Shown: positions 8,780-16,397 of the stretch, one piece after another
How positions within the stretch are numbered: position 1 is the stretch's first letter
Layout of the letters: each line of letters opens with the position of its first letter
Assembly (NCBI RefSeq): GCF_900103955.1
Contig: NZ_FNIL01000014.1
Span: 1-32,000, forward strand
DNA length: 32,000 nt
Origin: Alkalicoccus daliensis
GTDB taxonomy: Bacteria > Bacillota > Bacilli > Bacillales > Salisediminibacteriaceae
Direction of reading: 5' to 3'
Translations under genes and position numbers: made by a program
Notes under the pieces: generated by a model
What the model was told of the DNA's origin: nothing
The model's input: only the letters and a program-made list of their open reading frames with translations
Database searches by the model: none

Positions 8780-9148
8780 ATGGAGAAGTTGTTACCTGTC
8801 ATGCAGCAGGGACTGGAGCTTGCAGTAACAGTGGAAGAAGCGGTAAAGCACGTAGAACGGCTGCTGAAAGAAAAGCATTTGGAAGAACCGCTTTATCTGG
8901 TAGAAGATATTATTTCCGCTTTTGCATCGATACAGCGGTCTTTTGAACCTGTGAAGAAAGAGTGCGACATGGAGATGGTCCATCTTACAGCGGCCCAGGT
9001 ACATCAGGCGCTGCAGAAAACTGTATACTCCTTTGAGTCTGGCAGCAGAGGAAAAGTGGAGGAAACAGTCGAGAACGAACTGAAGCCTGGAATTGAGGAA
9101 TGGAGAAAGGCGATGGAAGAAACTTTGCGCAGATATGTGACGCAGTAG
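8780..9148 (+). CDS. Small helical hypothetical protein (122 aa)
   Basis: ATG 8780 follows AAGGGGTGAGG. The coding composition is uninterrupted, and the C terminus weakly resembles that of the 29949..30347 product. Confidence 0.6.
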   Translation: MEKLLPVMQQGLELAVTVEEAVKHVERLLKEKHLEEPLYLVEDIISAFASIQRSFEPVKKECDMEMVHLTAAQVHQALQKTVYSFESGSRGKVEETVENELKPGIEEWRKAMEETLRRYVTQ

Positions 9149-9172
9149 AAATATTGTATGTAACGAAAAAAA

Positions 9173-9188
9173 GACGCTTCACTGCGTC
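9173..9188 (-). terminator. Short hairpin terminator downstream of the mini-lipoprotein gene
   Basis: GACGC-N6-GCGTC is followed on the minus strand by a T7 run. The stem is only 5 bp. Confidence 0.45.
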
Positions 9189-9195
9189 AATTTTC

Positions 9196-9321
9196 TTAAT
9201 CGTCGTATTTATCAATTTCCGTTTGTTCTTCGACAGGATAAACAGTCTGCTGCAGTTCGTTGCAGCCGCTAAGTGCAAGGACTGCAAAAAGGCTGGTAAT
9301 CAGGGGAATAAGTTTTTTCAT
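9196..9321 (-). CDS. 41-aa mini-lipoprotein
   Basis: MKKLIPLITSLFAVLALSGC has lipobox LSGC. ATG 9321 follows GAAGGAGG at ideal spacing. The ORF-track entry 9196..9492 is an upstream over-extension. Confidence 0.7.
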   Translation of the reverse strand: MKKLIPLITSLFAVLALSGCNELQQTVYPVEEQTEIDKYDD

Positions 9322-9450
9322 GGGAGTGCCTCCTTCAAAGTGCGTGTCTTCTCCTAATTCCACGTGGAAAAACTTGTGAAACTTACAATTCTTAAAATAA
9401 GCATTCATGAAAGAAACTGAGTCTTTTATCATGGAACAGGAGGGTGCGGT

Positions 9451-11136
9451 ATGCAGAAACTTATGGAAGCAGTAAGGGCGGGACTGAATCACAATTCGGT
9501 AGAGATTCCACAGACAGATTATTCGCGTACATATTTCGACAAAGAGGAACAGGCGACTGTTTTTCTTTCTTTTTCAGAAAACGGTGCAAGAGCACGGGTG
9601 CTGCAGGGAAGAGGAGGCAGCCTCGAAGCAGCAGTGCAAGATGCAGTAAAAAAAGGAGAGGGCGTTACGGCAGATGCGGTAAAGCTGGACATTCTGACCG
9701 GGATACAGCCGGTAAATAAAGATACAAGCTGGATCAATATAAATAGACATGCACTTACTTATAAGCGCAGGGAAGACGGGCTCATGTTCGGTGACAGAAT
9801 CAGTCCGCTTATGTTTCTGCCGGAAGAAGTGGAAGCTTACGGGATGATCCGTGGCGGGAAGCTGCAGCAGGAGCATATTTTCCGTGCCTTTGATAAACAT
9901 CAGCTGCTTACGGAAGATCGTCTTTCCAAAGAAATCATTACTGAAGAATGGCACGACGTTTATAAATTCCGCACGCATTCTTTTTACATAGATGACGACG
10001 GTTACCGGGAGCTTTTCCGGGGACACCGTGTGTTCAATGAACTTCAGGCCGGAGATTTAAAAGAAGCTGTGAAGCTTTCGAGGGACAATTATTTTACGCA
10101 GGCAGTAAATGCCCAGGGGAAGTTCGTGTATTCCTTTCAGCCGCAGGATAACCAGGTTCCGAAAGGCTACAACATTCTCCGTCATGCAGGAACAGCCTAT
10201 TCCATGCTTGAAATACAGGAATTTTTTCCGGAAGAACAGCTGCAGCGCACGATTGAAAAAACGATCCGTTACCTGCTGAAGAAAGTGAAGCGGATAGAAG
10301 TGAACGGTACCGATGCGCAGGTTATCGTGGAAAACGATAATATTAAGCTCGGCGGCAACGGTCTGGGAATTATTGCGCTCGCGCAGTATACGAAGGTGAC
10401 AGGAGACAGACAGTATATTCCTCTTATGCGGGATATGGCGAAATGGATGCTCACGATTCAAGATGAGACGGGAAAGTTTTCCGTGCACAAACAGATTTAC
10501 TCCTCCAAGGAACATACGGATTTTGTTTCTCATTATTATTCAGGAGAAGCAATTCTTTCGCTTGTACGTCTTTATCAGGTAGATCCGGATGAAGCATGGC
10601 TCGACGCGGCAGAAGGAGAAGCAAATTATTTAATTCATCGCCGGGACAGCAAGGAGACGAAAAAAACAATTACACACGATCACTGGCTTCTTTACGCCTT
10701 AAATGAACTGCATCAGGAACGGCCGAAAGAAGATTACGCCGCGCATTCTTATTTTATTGCAGAAGCTATTATGGACACCCAGCGGCTGGATCAGCATGAA
10801 GTCGACAGAGAATGGGTGGGGTCCTATGAAATGAAAGGCATTCCCCGTTCGACACCGACTGCCTGCCGCACGGAAGGATTGGGCGCTGTCTACCGGCTGG
10901 CGCAGCGCCAGGAGAAAAAAGACATGGCAGAGAGATGCAGACATGCGATGGCAGAGGCTGTGAAATTCCAGCTGCAGATGCAGTTTCAGCCGGAAAGTGT
11001 ATTATATCTGGACCATAAAAAACTGTGCCTCGGTGCACTGCATGAAAGCTTAACAAGCTATGAAATCCGTAATGATTACACGCAGCACAACATTTCCAGT
11101 TTTTTATCACTTTATAAGATTCTGCTCGAAAAATAA
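9451..11136 (+). CDS. Large uncharacterised protein, probably an alpha/alpha-toroid (six-hairpin-like) fold
   Basis: The 561-aa ORF follows CAGGAGGGTG. Repeated helical-hairpin signatures are present (ILRHAGTAYSMLE, NGLGIIALAQY, YYSGEAILSLVRLY). I can recognise no catalytic motif. Confidence 0.6.
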   Translation: MQKLMEAVRAGLNHNSVEIPQTDYSRTYFDKEEQATVFLSFSENGARARVLQGRGGSLEAAVQDAVKKGEGVTADAVKLDILTGIQPVNKDTSWININRHALTYKRREDGLMFGDRISPLMFLPEEVEAYGMIRGGKLQQEHIFRAFDKHQLLTEDRLSKEIITEEWHDVYKFRTHSFYIDDDGYRELFRGHRVFNELQAGDLKEAVKLSRDNYFTQAVNAQGKFVYSFQPQDNQVPKGYNILRHAGTAYSMLEIQEFFPEEQLQRTIEKTIRYLLKKVKRIEVNGTDAQVIVENDNIKLGGNGLGIIALAQYTKVTGDRQYIPLMRDMAKWMLTIQDETGKFSVHKQIYSSKEHTDFVSHYYSGEAILSLVRLYQVDPDEAWLDAAEGEANYLIHRRDSKETKKTITHDHWLLYALNELHQERPKEDYAAHSYFIAEAIMDTQRLDQHEVDREWVGSYEMKGIPRSTPTACRTEGLGAVYRLAQRQEKKDMAERCRHAMAEAVKFQLQMQFQPESVLYLDHKKLCLGALHESLTSYEIRNDYTQHNISSFLSLYKILLEK

Positions 11137-11171
11137 ATTTTTGCGCGCTACTTTATATAAAGCAGGTGAGG

Positions 11172-12188
11172 ATGATGAAGAAAAAAGTGAGGCTCGCACT
11201 GCTGGGCGGCTGGCATGTGCATACGGAAGGATTTATTGAAAAACTGGACGCTTTTTCCAAGGATAAAGTGGAATGGAAAGCAGTCTGGGATCACGATCAG
11301 GCAAGGGGAGAGAGGTTTGCAGAAAAACTCCAGGTTCCTTTTGTTCCAAAACTGGAAGACATCCTGGAAGATACATCGGTGGATGCAGTAATGATAGAAG
11401 CAGAAACGAACCTTCACCACGAATTAATTACGATGGCAGCGCGTGCAGGCAAACATATATTTACAGATAAACTTCTCGCACCGACGATGGAAGAAGCGGA
11501 AGATATTCGCTGGACAGTGAGGAAGGAAGGGGTTAAATTCGTGATCTCCCACGAGTCCCTTACTATCCGCGCGTATCAGTATGCAAAGGAAGAAGTGGAG
11601 AAGGGGAACCTCGGCGAACTTGTATCCATCTACTTCCGCCGGTCCCACGGCCTTGCGAAAACGGATGTTCTTCCTGCCAGCTGGTACGAACCCGAAACTG
11701 CGGGAGGCGGAGCGCTGATGGATCTCGGTGTACATGGGCTGTCTCTACTTGCCTATATCGGCAGTGCACCGGAAACTATCAGTGCTGTTACAAGGTACAT
11801 CTCTGGAAAGCAAGTGGAAGACAGTGCCAGCATCCAGGTCACATTCCAAGATAAGCAGACGATAGGACAGGCGCATACGAATTTAGTAACAGCACCGCTT
11901 GATAATCTGTTGGAAATCACGGGCACTGAAGGCAGCCTGCTGATCTATGGGGAAAAGGAGCCGCTCATCTATCAATCTTCCGGGCAGGACAAACCGTCCC
12001 GGGTAGATGTGCAAGAGACAGGCGAGGTCCCTGTAAATAAGTTCATTGATTTGGTGCTGGGAGAAGAAAATCAAACCGAGCTGACAGGGAGCGGACTGGA
12101 ACTGGACACTGCAGTGACCATTGTGCAAATGGCAGAAGGAGCCTATAAGAGTGTGAAGCAGCAAGGGAAGCCGGTTGTATTAAAATAG
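11172..12188 (+). CDS. Gfo/Idh/MocA-family NAD(P)-dependent oxidoreductase
   Basis: The N terminus is Rossmann-like (VRLALLGGWHVH) and contains the ...EAETNLHHEL motif region typical of the family. The start is ambiguous among GTG 11166, ATG 11172 and ATG 11175. Confidence 0.75.
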   Translation: MMKKKVRLALLGGWHVHTEGFIEKLDAFSKDKVEWKAVWDHDQARGERFAEKLQVPFVPKLEDILEDTSVDAVMIEAETNLHHELITMAARAGKHIFTDKLLAPTMEEAEDIRWTVRKEGVKFVISHESLTIRAYQYAKEEVEKGNLGELVSIYFRRSHGLAKTDVLPASWYEPETAGGGALMDLGVHGLSLLAYIGSAPETISAVTRYISGKQVEDSASIQVTFQDKQTIGQAHTNLVTAPLDNLLEITGTEGSLLIYGEKEPLIYQSSGQDKPSRVDVQETGEVPVNKFIDLVLGEENQTELTGSGLELDTAVTIVQMAEGAYKSVKQQGKPVVLK

Positions 12189-12240
12189 AGGCTGGAGGCA
12201 GACTCTATGCTTGCGCAGCCGGGACAGTGCGGGGGATTTG

Positions 12241-12412
12241 AAAAAATGAATTCCACCGCTGGAAAAATGAATTCCTTCAAAATTCCCTTCTTAAAAATGA
12301 GTAACCCCCACTTACGCGTGAGTAAATGGTCTGCGCGAGAGTTAACCCCGAAGAAAAATGAGTAAACCTCTATTACGTATGAGAAAATGGTCTCTAAAAA
12401 AGAGTAAAAGCC
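12241..12412 (+). repeat. Array C: eight ~21-bp phased monomers with anchor (A/G)TGAGTAAA, including a 61-bp unit repeated twice
   Basis: Anchors lie at 12246, 12267, 12297, 12318, 12337, 12358, 12379 and 12401, mostly 21 bp apart. The 61-bp units start at 12293 and 12354. Confidence 0.85.
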
Positions 12413-12472
12413 ATTTTTTTCCCGCACGGCCCGTCTGTGCCGCAGTTTCACTCTGTGAAATAAATATATAAA

Positions 12473-12499
12473 GCCGCACGCCTGAAATCGGCGTGCGGC
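12473..12499. terminator. Bidirectional terminator between the oxidoreductase gene and clpE
   Basis: GCCGCACGCC-N7-GGCGTGCGGC is flanked by A- and T-rich runs. Confidence 0.85.
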
Positions 12500-12512
12500 T
12501 TTAGAAAACAGC

Positions 12513-14633
12513 TTAAGACCGCTGTTTTAATTGAATTTCCTCTTTTTCCACAACTACTTCCACTTCACCGAGCACTTCCTGATCCAGGATCAGCTCGGTA
12601 ATTTTATCTTCCAGTTCATGCTGAATCGCGCGGCGGAGCGGCCGTGCTCCGAACTCTTTATGGTAGCCGAGTTCTGCAATCTTTTCTTTTGCTTCTTCAG
12701 AAATATGAATCGTAATTTCCTGCTCCGTCAGTGTTTCCTGAAGTTCTTCAAGCATGAGATCCACAATTTTCACAAGATGTGTTTTGTCGAGGTGGTTGAA
12801 TTCAATAATCGCATCAAATCGGTTAAGAAATTCCGGCTTAAAATAGCTCGACAGATTTTCAAGCATGGATTCTTCCTTTAATGACTCGCTCTCGCTGAAT
12901 CCGATGGAGCGTTGTTTTGCAGCACCGCTGCCAGCGTTGCTTGTCATAATAATCACTGTATCTTTAAAGCTTACAGTGCGTCCCTGGCTGTCTGTTAAGC
13001 GGCCGTCCTCCATAATCTGCAGGAACATATGCTGCACATCAGGATGTGCTTTTTCAATTTCATCGAGCAGAATAATGGAGTATGGGTTCCGGCGCACTTT
13101 TTCGGTCAGCTGGCCGGCTTCTTCATGCCCGACATACCCTGGAGGGGAACCGATCAGCTTGGATACCGCGTGCTTTTCCATATATTCACTCATGTCGAGC
13201 CGGTGCATCGCCTCGCTCGAGCCGAACATTTCTTTTGCCAGTGTTTTACTAAGCTCTGTTTTTCCGACACCGGTAGGCCCGACAAACAGGAAGGAACCAA
13301 TCGGACGGTGCTTTGGCTTCAGCCCGGCGCGGGAGCGGCGGACCGCTTTTGCTACCTTCTGCACCGCTTCTTCCTGGCCGATTACACTGCCGGAAATATG
13401 CTCTGCGAGACGCTTCATTTTCGAAGCTTCGTTGTCCTGCAGCTTGCCGACAGGGATTCCCGTCATTTTCTCGACAATTTTTTGGATATTCTCTGCTTCA
13501 ATCGTTTTCTTTTCTGCAGAGTGTTCCTGCTCCAGTTTTTTCTCCAGCGCTTCTTCTTCGTCACGAAGCTTTGCAGCTGTTTCATAATCTTCTTTTTGGA
13601 GCACTTCTTCTTTCTGTTTTGCGATACGCGCAAGTCTTTCTTCTACTTCTTTATGGGAAGTATCTCCGGACTCCAGGTTCATTTTTGCCCCTGCTTCATC
13701 CATCAGGTCGATTGCTTTATCCGGAAGAAAACGATCCTGGATGTAACGGTGGGAAAGTGTAACGCAGGCCTGCAGCGCTTCTTCACTGTAAGTTACTTCA
13801 TGATAATCTTCATACTTACTCTGCAGTCCTTTTAAAATTTCCATTGCTTCTTCCAAGGCAGGTTCATTGACCATTACCGGCTGAAAACGGCGCTCCAGCG
13901 CACCATCTTTTTCAATATTACGGTATTCTTTCAGCGTGGTCGCACCGATGACCTGCAGCTCTCCTCTTGCAAGCGCCGGTTTAAGAATGTTTCCGGCATC
14001 CATGGAACCTTCTGTTTTTCCTGCGCCTACAATCTGATGGATTTCATCAATAAACAGCAGCACATTTTTGCGTTCTTTCAATTCCGCAGTAAGCTGTTTT
14101 AATTTTTCTTCAAATTGTCCCCGCACCCCAGTATTTGCTACGAGAGATGCTACATCAAGAAGATAGATTTCTTTATTCAGCAGTTTTGAAGGAACGTCTC
14201 CTTTACTGATTTTTAAAGCGAGTCCTTCTGCGATTGCAGTTTTTCCCACGCCGGGTTCCCCGATCAGCACCGGGTTATTTTTAGTGCGGCGGTTTAAAAT
14301 TTCTGTAACTCTTTTCACTTCCTGATCGCGTCCGATCACAGGATCAATTAACCCGGCGTTTGCAGCGTTAGAAAGGTTGCTGGCAAGTTCATCAAGCAGG
14401 CTTTGACTTTTCTGAGACTGGCCGGGCTGTGCAGCTTCACTGTCTGAAGATCCGCCGAATTGGTTCATCATATTTTCTTTAAAGACACCAGCTGGATTTC
14501 CTGCATGATTTTTTGCAGCAGACTGGAGCTCTTCAAAACAGCTCTTACAAAGTTTTACGTGCTGCGCTTGTTGATTATATTGTAAACGTACATTGATCGA
14601 TGCTTCTCTAATATTACAATTTTGACATTTCAT
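12513..14633 (-). CDS. clpE: ATP-dependent Clp protease ATP-binding subunit ClpE
   Basis: An N-terminal zinc ribbon (CQNC...CKSC) is followed by two AAA+ modules with Walker A motifs GEPGVGKT and GPTGVGKT. The 706-aa size and CtsR boxes upstream fit ClpE. Confidence 0.9.
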   Translation of the reverse strand: MKCQNCNIREASINVRLQYNQQAQHVKLCKSCFEELQSAAKNHAGNPAGVFKENMMNQFGGSSDSEAAQPGQSQKSQSLLDELASNLSNAANAGLIDPVIGRDQEVKRVTEILNRRTKNNPVLIGEPGVGKTAIAEGLALKISKGDVPSKLLNKEIYLLDVASLVANTGVRGQFEEKLKQLTAELKERKNVLLFIDEIHQIVGAGKTEGSMDAGNILKPALARGELQVIGATTLKEYRNIEKDGALERRFQPVMVNEPALEEAMEILKGLQSKYEDYHEVTYSEEALQACVTLSHRYIQDRFLPDKAIDLMDEAGAKMNLESGDTSHKEVEERLARIAKQKEEVLQKEDYETAAKLRDEEEALEKKLEQEHSAEKKTIEAENIQKIVEKMTGIPVGKLQDNEASKMKRLAEHISGSVIGQEEAVQKVAKAVRRSRAGLKPKHRPIGSFLFVGPTGVGKTELSKTLAKEMFGSSEAMHRLDMSEYMEKHAVSKLIGSPPGYVGHEEAGQLTEKVRRNPYSIILLDEIEKAHPDVQHMFLQIMEDGRLTDSQGRTVSFKDTVIIMTSNAGSGAAKQRSIGFSESESLKEESMLENLSSYFKPEFLNRFDAIIEFNHLDKTHLVKIVDLMLEELQETLTEQEITIHISEEAKEKIAELGYHKEFGARPLRRAIQHELEDKITELILDQEVLGEVEVVVEKEEIQLKQRS

Positions 14634-14674
14634 ATAAAATAACCTCCTAAGGAAATAAAGTTAGAAAGCGGATA

Positions 14675-14722
14675 TTTGACTATCTTTGACTATAGTATAG
14701 TTTGACCTTTACTGACTTTCAA
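14675..14722 (-). promoter_or_regulatory. clpE SigA promoter overlapped by CtsR operator heptads
   Basis: The minus strand reads TTGAAA-N17-TATACT. CtsR repeats are AGGTCAAA (over the spacer) and AGTCAAA-GAT-AGTCAAA, which matches (A/G)GTCAAA-NAN-(A/G)GTCAAA. Confidence 0.8.
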
Positions 14723-14764
14723 GAATTATGCTCACAGGTTTAATGTATACGGCTGCAATTAAAA

Positions 14765-14800
14765 AAAGATGTCTCCGCCTCCGTGGCAGAAAACATCTTT
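14765..14800 (-). terminator. Terminator of small lipoprotein gene 14810..15013
   Basis: AAAGATGT-N20-ACATCTTT has flanking A/T runs and lies immediately after the stop codon. Confidence 0.6.
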
Positions 14801-14809
14801 TTTAAGCAG

Positions 14810-15013
14810 TTACGTGTTGTTACTTTCGTTACTCGTACCTTCTTCATTTCCGGTGTCATGTTCCATTTCGTTTCCGGTATCAGTACTGTTGATTCCGTTG
14901 TTTTCATTGAATCCATTTTCCGGAGCGTTGTTATTATCTGTTCCGCCGCAGCCTGCGAGCAGTGCTCCCGCAAGAAAAGTTGCTGCAGCAGTTAATTGAA
15001 GTGATTTTTTCAT
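14810..15013 (-). CDS. 67-aa acidic Asn/Glu/Thr-rich lipoprotein (paralog 1 of 3)
   Basis: MKKSLQLTAAATFLAGALLAGC carries a lipobox and there is a strong RBS (AGGAGGAA). The N terminus is nearly identical to the next two genes. Confidence 0.75.
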   Translation of the reverse strand: MKKSLQLTAAATFLAGALLAGCGGTDNNNAPENGFNENNGINSTDTGNEMEHDTGNEEGTSNESNNT

Positions 15014-15120
15014 TTTGGTATTCCTCCTATTATCCTTCGTTTATCTTCTCATTCACGGTTACAAAAAAATTGAAACATATTTTCCAGGATTCATATAATT
15101 TCACACACGAAAACCAATGT

Positions 15121-15262
15121 TACCATGATGCTTCAGACGAAAAAGTATGAAGCATAGAGGAATTTCTATTACTGCTTCACTCCCGGCAAAGTCTTTCTCG
15201 AAGGTATGCTCTCTATTAATTTAATCAAAGCGGTGCACGGCTTCCATCAATCTGCAGGAGCA
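15121..15262. other. Conserved intergenic element, copy B (homologous to 7648-7778)
   Basis: It has the same conserved blocks as copy A. It also contains the hairpin GCTTCA-N12-TGAAGC at 15130-15153. Confidence 0.7.
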
Positions 15263-15273
15263 AACATAAACAA

Positions 15274-15299
15274 GGAATTCTCTTTCGAAAGAGAATTCC
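15274..15299 (-). terminator. Terminator of lipoprotein gene 15311..15514
   Basis: A perfect 11-bp stem (GGAATTCTCTT-TCGA-AAGAGAATTCC) is followed on the minus strand by TTGTTTATGTTT. Confidence 0.85.
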
Positions 15300-15310
15300 C
15301 AGAAACCAGC

Positions 15311-15514
15311 TTACATATTGTTCTCGTTCTCTCCGACAGGTTCACCATTATCATCCAGCATCGTATTGCCGTCTGCATCGTTATCAATCAATTGTTCTTC
15401 TTCATTCACTTCATTGTTATCATCAATACCTTCATTTGCATTATTACCGCAGCCGGCAAGAATACCAGCAGATAACAAAGTGAATACTGCAGAAATTTGT
15501 AAAGACTTTTTCAT
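15311..15514 (-). CDS. 67-aa acidic Asn/Asp/Glu-rich lipoprotein (paralog 2 of 3)
   Basis: MKKSLQISAVFTLLSAGILAGC carries a lipobox, with RBS GAAGGAGGAA. Confidence 0.75.
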   Translation of the reverse strand: MKKSLQISAVFTLLSAGILAGCGNNANEGIDDNNEVNEEEQLIDNDADGNTMLDDNGEPVGENENNM

Positions 15515-15612
15515 TTATAATTTCCTCCTTCAAAAATACTCTTCTTATAAAAAGACTATTACACGATTCTTGCTTTTTAAAACGTTGTTTTCCAGGAGAA
15601 ATAATATAAAAA

Positions 15613-15634
15613 GGCTCCCGGAAGTCCGGGAGCC
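15613..15634 (-). terminator. Terminator of the poly-Asp lipoprotein gene
   Basis: GGCTCCCGG-AAGT-CCGGGAGCC is followed on the minus strand by TTTTTATATT. Confidence 0.9.
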
Positions 15635-15645
15635 CGCTTTAAAAA

Positions 15646-16032
15646 TTAAAGGTCGTCGTCATCGTCGTCATCGTTCATCATGCCATCATCATCGTCTTCG
15701 TCATCGTTCATCATGCCATCATCATCGTCGTCGTCATCGTCATTCATCATTGCGTCATCATCATCATCGTCGTCGTTCATCATAGCATCGTCATCGTCGT
15801 CATCGTCATTCATCATTGCGTCATCATCATCGTCATCGTCGTTCATCATTGCGTCATCGTCATCATCGTCATCGTCATCGTTCATCATACCGTTATCTTC
15901 AGTATTGTTTACTGTGTTATCCGTTCCGGTATTCGTATTATTTACATCGTTATCTGCATCGTTACCGCAGCCTGCAAGCACCCCTGCTGCGAGTAGTCCT
16001 GAGATTGCTGAAATTTGTAATGATTTTTTCAT
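15646..16032 (-). CDS. 128-aa lipoprotein with seven MMN-(Asp/Glu)7-9 repeats (paralog 3 of 3)
   Basis: MKKSLQISAISGLLAAGVLAGC carries a lipobox, with RBS AAGGAGGAA and its own terminator. The mature C-terminal two thirds consist only of (A/G)MMND7-9 repeats. Confidence 0.8.
   Translation of the reverse strand: MKKSLQISAISGLLAAGVLAGCGNDADNDVNNTNTGTDNTVNNTEDNGMMNDDDDDDDDDAMMNDDDDDDDAMMNDDDDDDDAMMNDDDDDDDAMMNDDDDDDDDGMMNDDEDDDDGMMNDDDDDDDL
15649..15888 (-). repeat. In-frame 33-39-nt coding tandem repeats encoding MMN-polyAsp
   Basis: There are seven units of ATGATGAAC followed by mixed GAT/GAC codons. The unit length varies with the number of Asp codons. Confidence 0.9.
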
Positions 16033-16397
16033 TGTAATAATTCCTCCTTAATAATTGCTTTCATGTCTCTACTCCCTCTCATTACACTTAGCCGTAATGT
16101 TAAAACATTCTACACGACTTTTTGACACTTTTTCATATTGTGCACCTATTTCATAATGGATGCATAACAAATGTCTACATATTAATAGCAAAATTAAACG
16201 ACGAAAGATTATCTTTTGAAAGAATTAAAATAAGAAAAAATGTGTATTTACAAAAGCAGCTAATTCCTCCATAAACCAATTTGTAATAAACTATTAATTA
16301 GGAAAATAGAAAACACTCCCCTTAAAGCGCTTGTTCGTAGTATGATAAAGAGATACTAATGAACCGGAGTACGGTTGGAAAATGAGGGAAATAAATA

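Noticed and set aside
12531-13835. Several long plus-strand ORFs (116-268 aa) lie inside the clpE region.
   Set aside because: They are antisense to an unambiguous AAA+ ClpE coding frame. They have Phe/Ser/Cys-rich low-complexity composition typical of shadow ORFs.
15318-16051. Plus-strand ORFs encode poly-Ser (15680..16051) and His/Arg-rich peptides (15318..15785 and 15816..16037).
   Set aside because: They are antisense or alternate-frame shadows of the GAT/GAC repeat in the poly-Asp lipoprotein gene. They have no RBS, whereas the minus-strand frame has a signal peptide, an RBS and a terminator.
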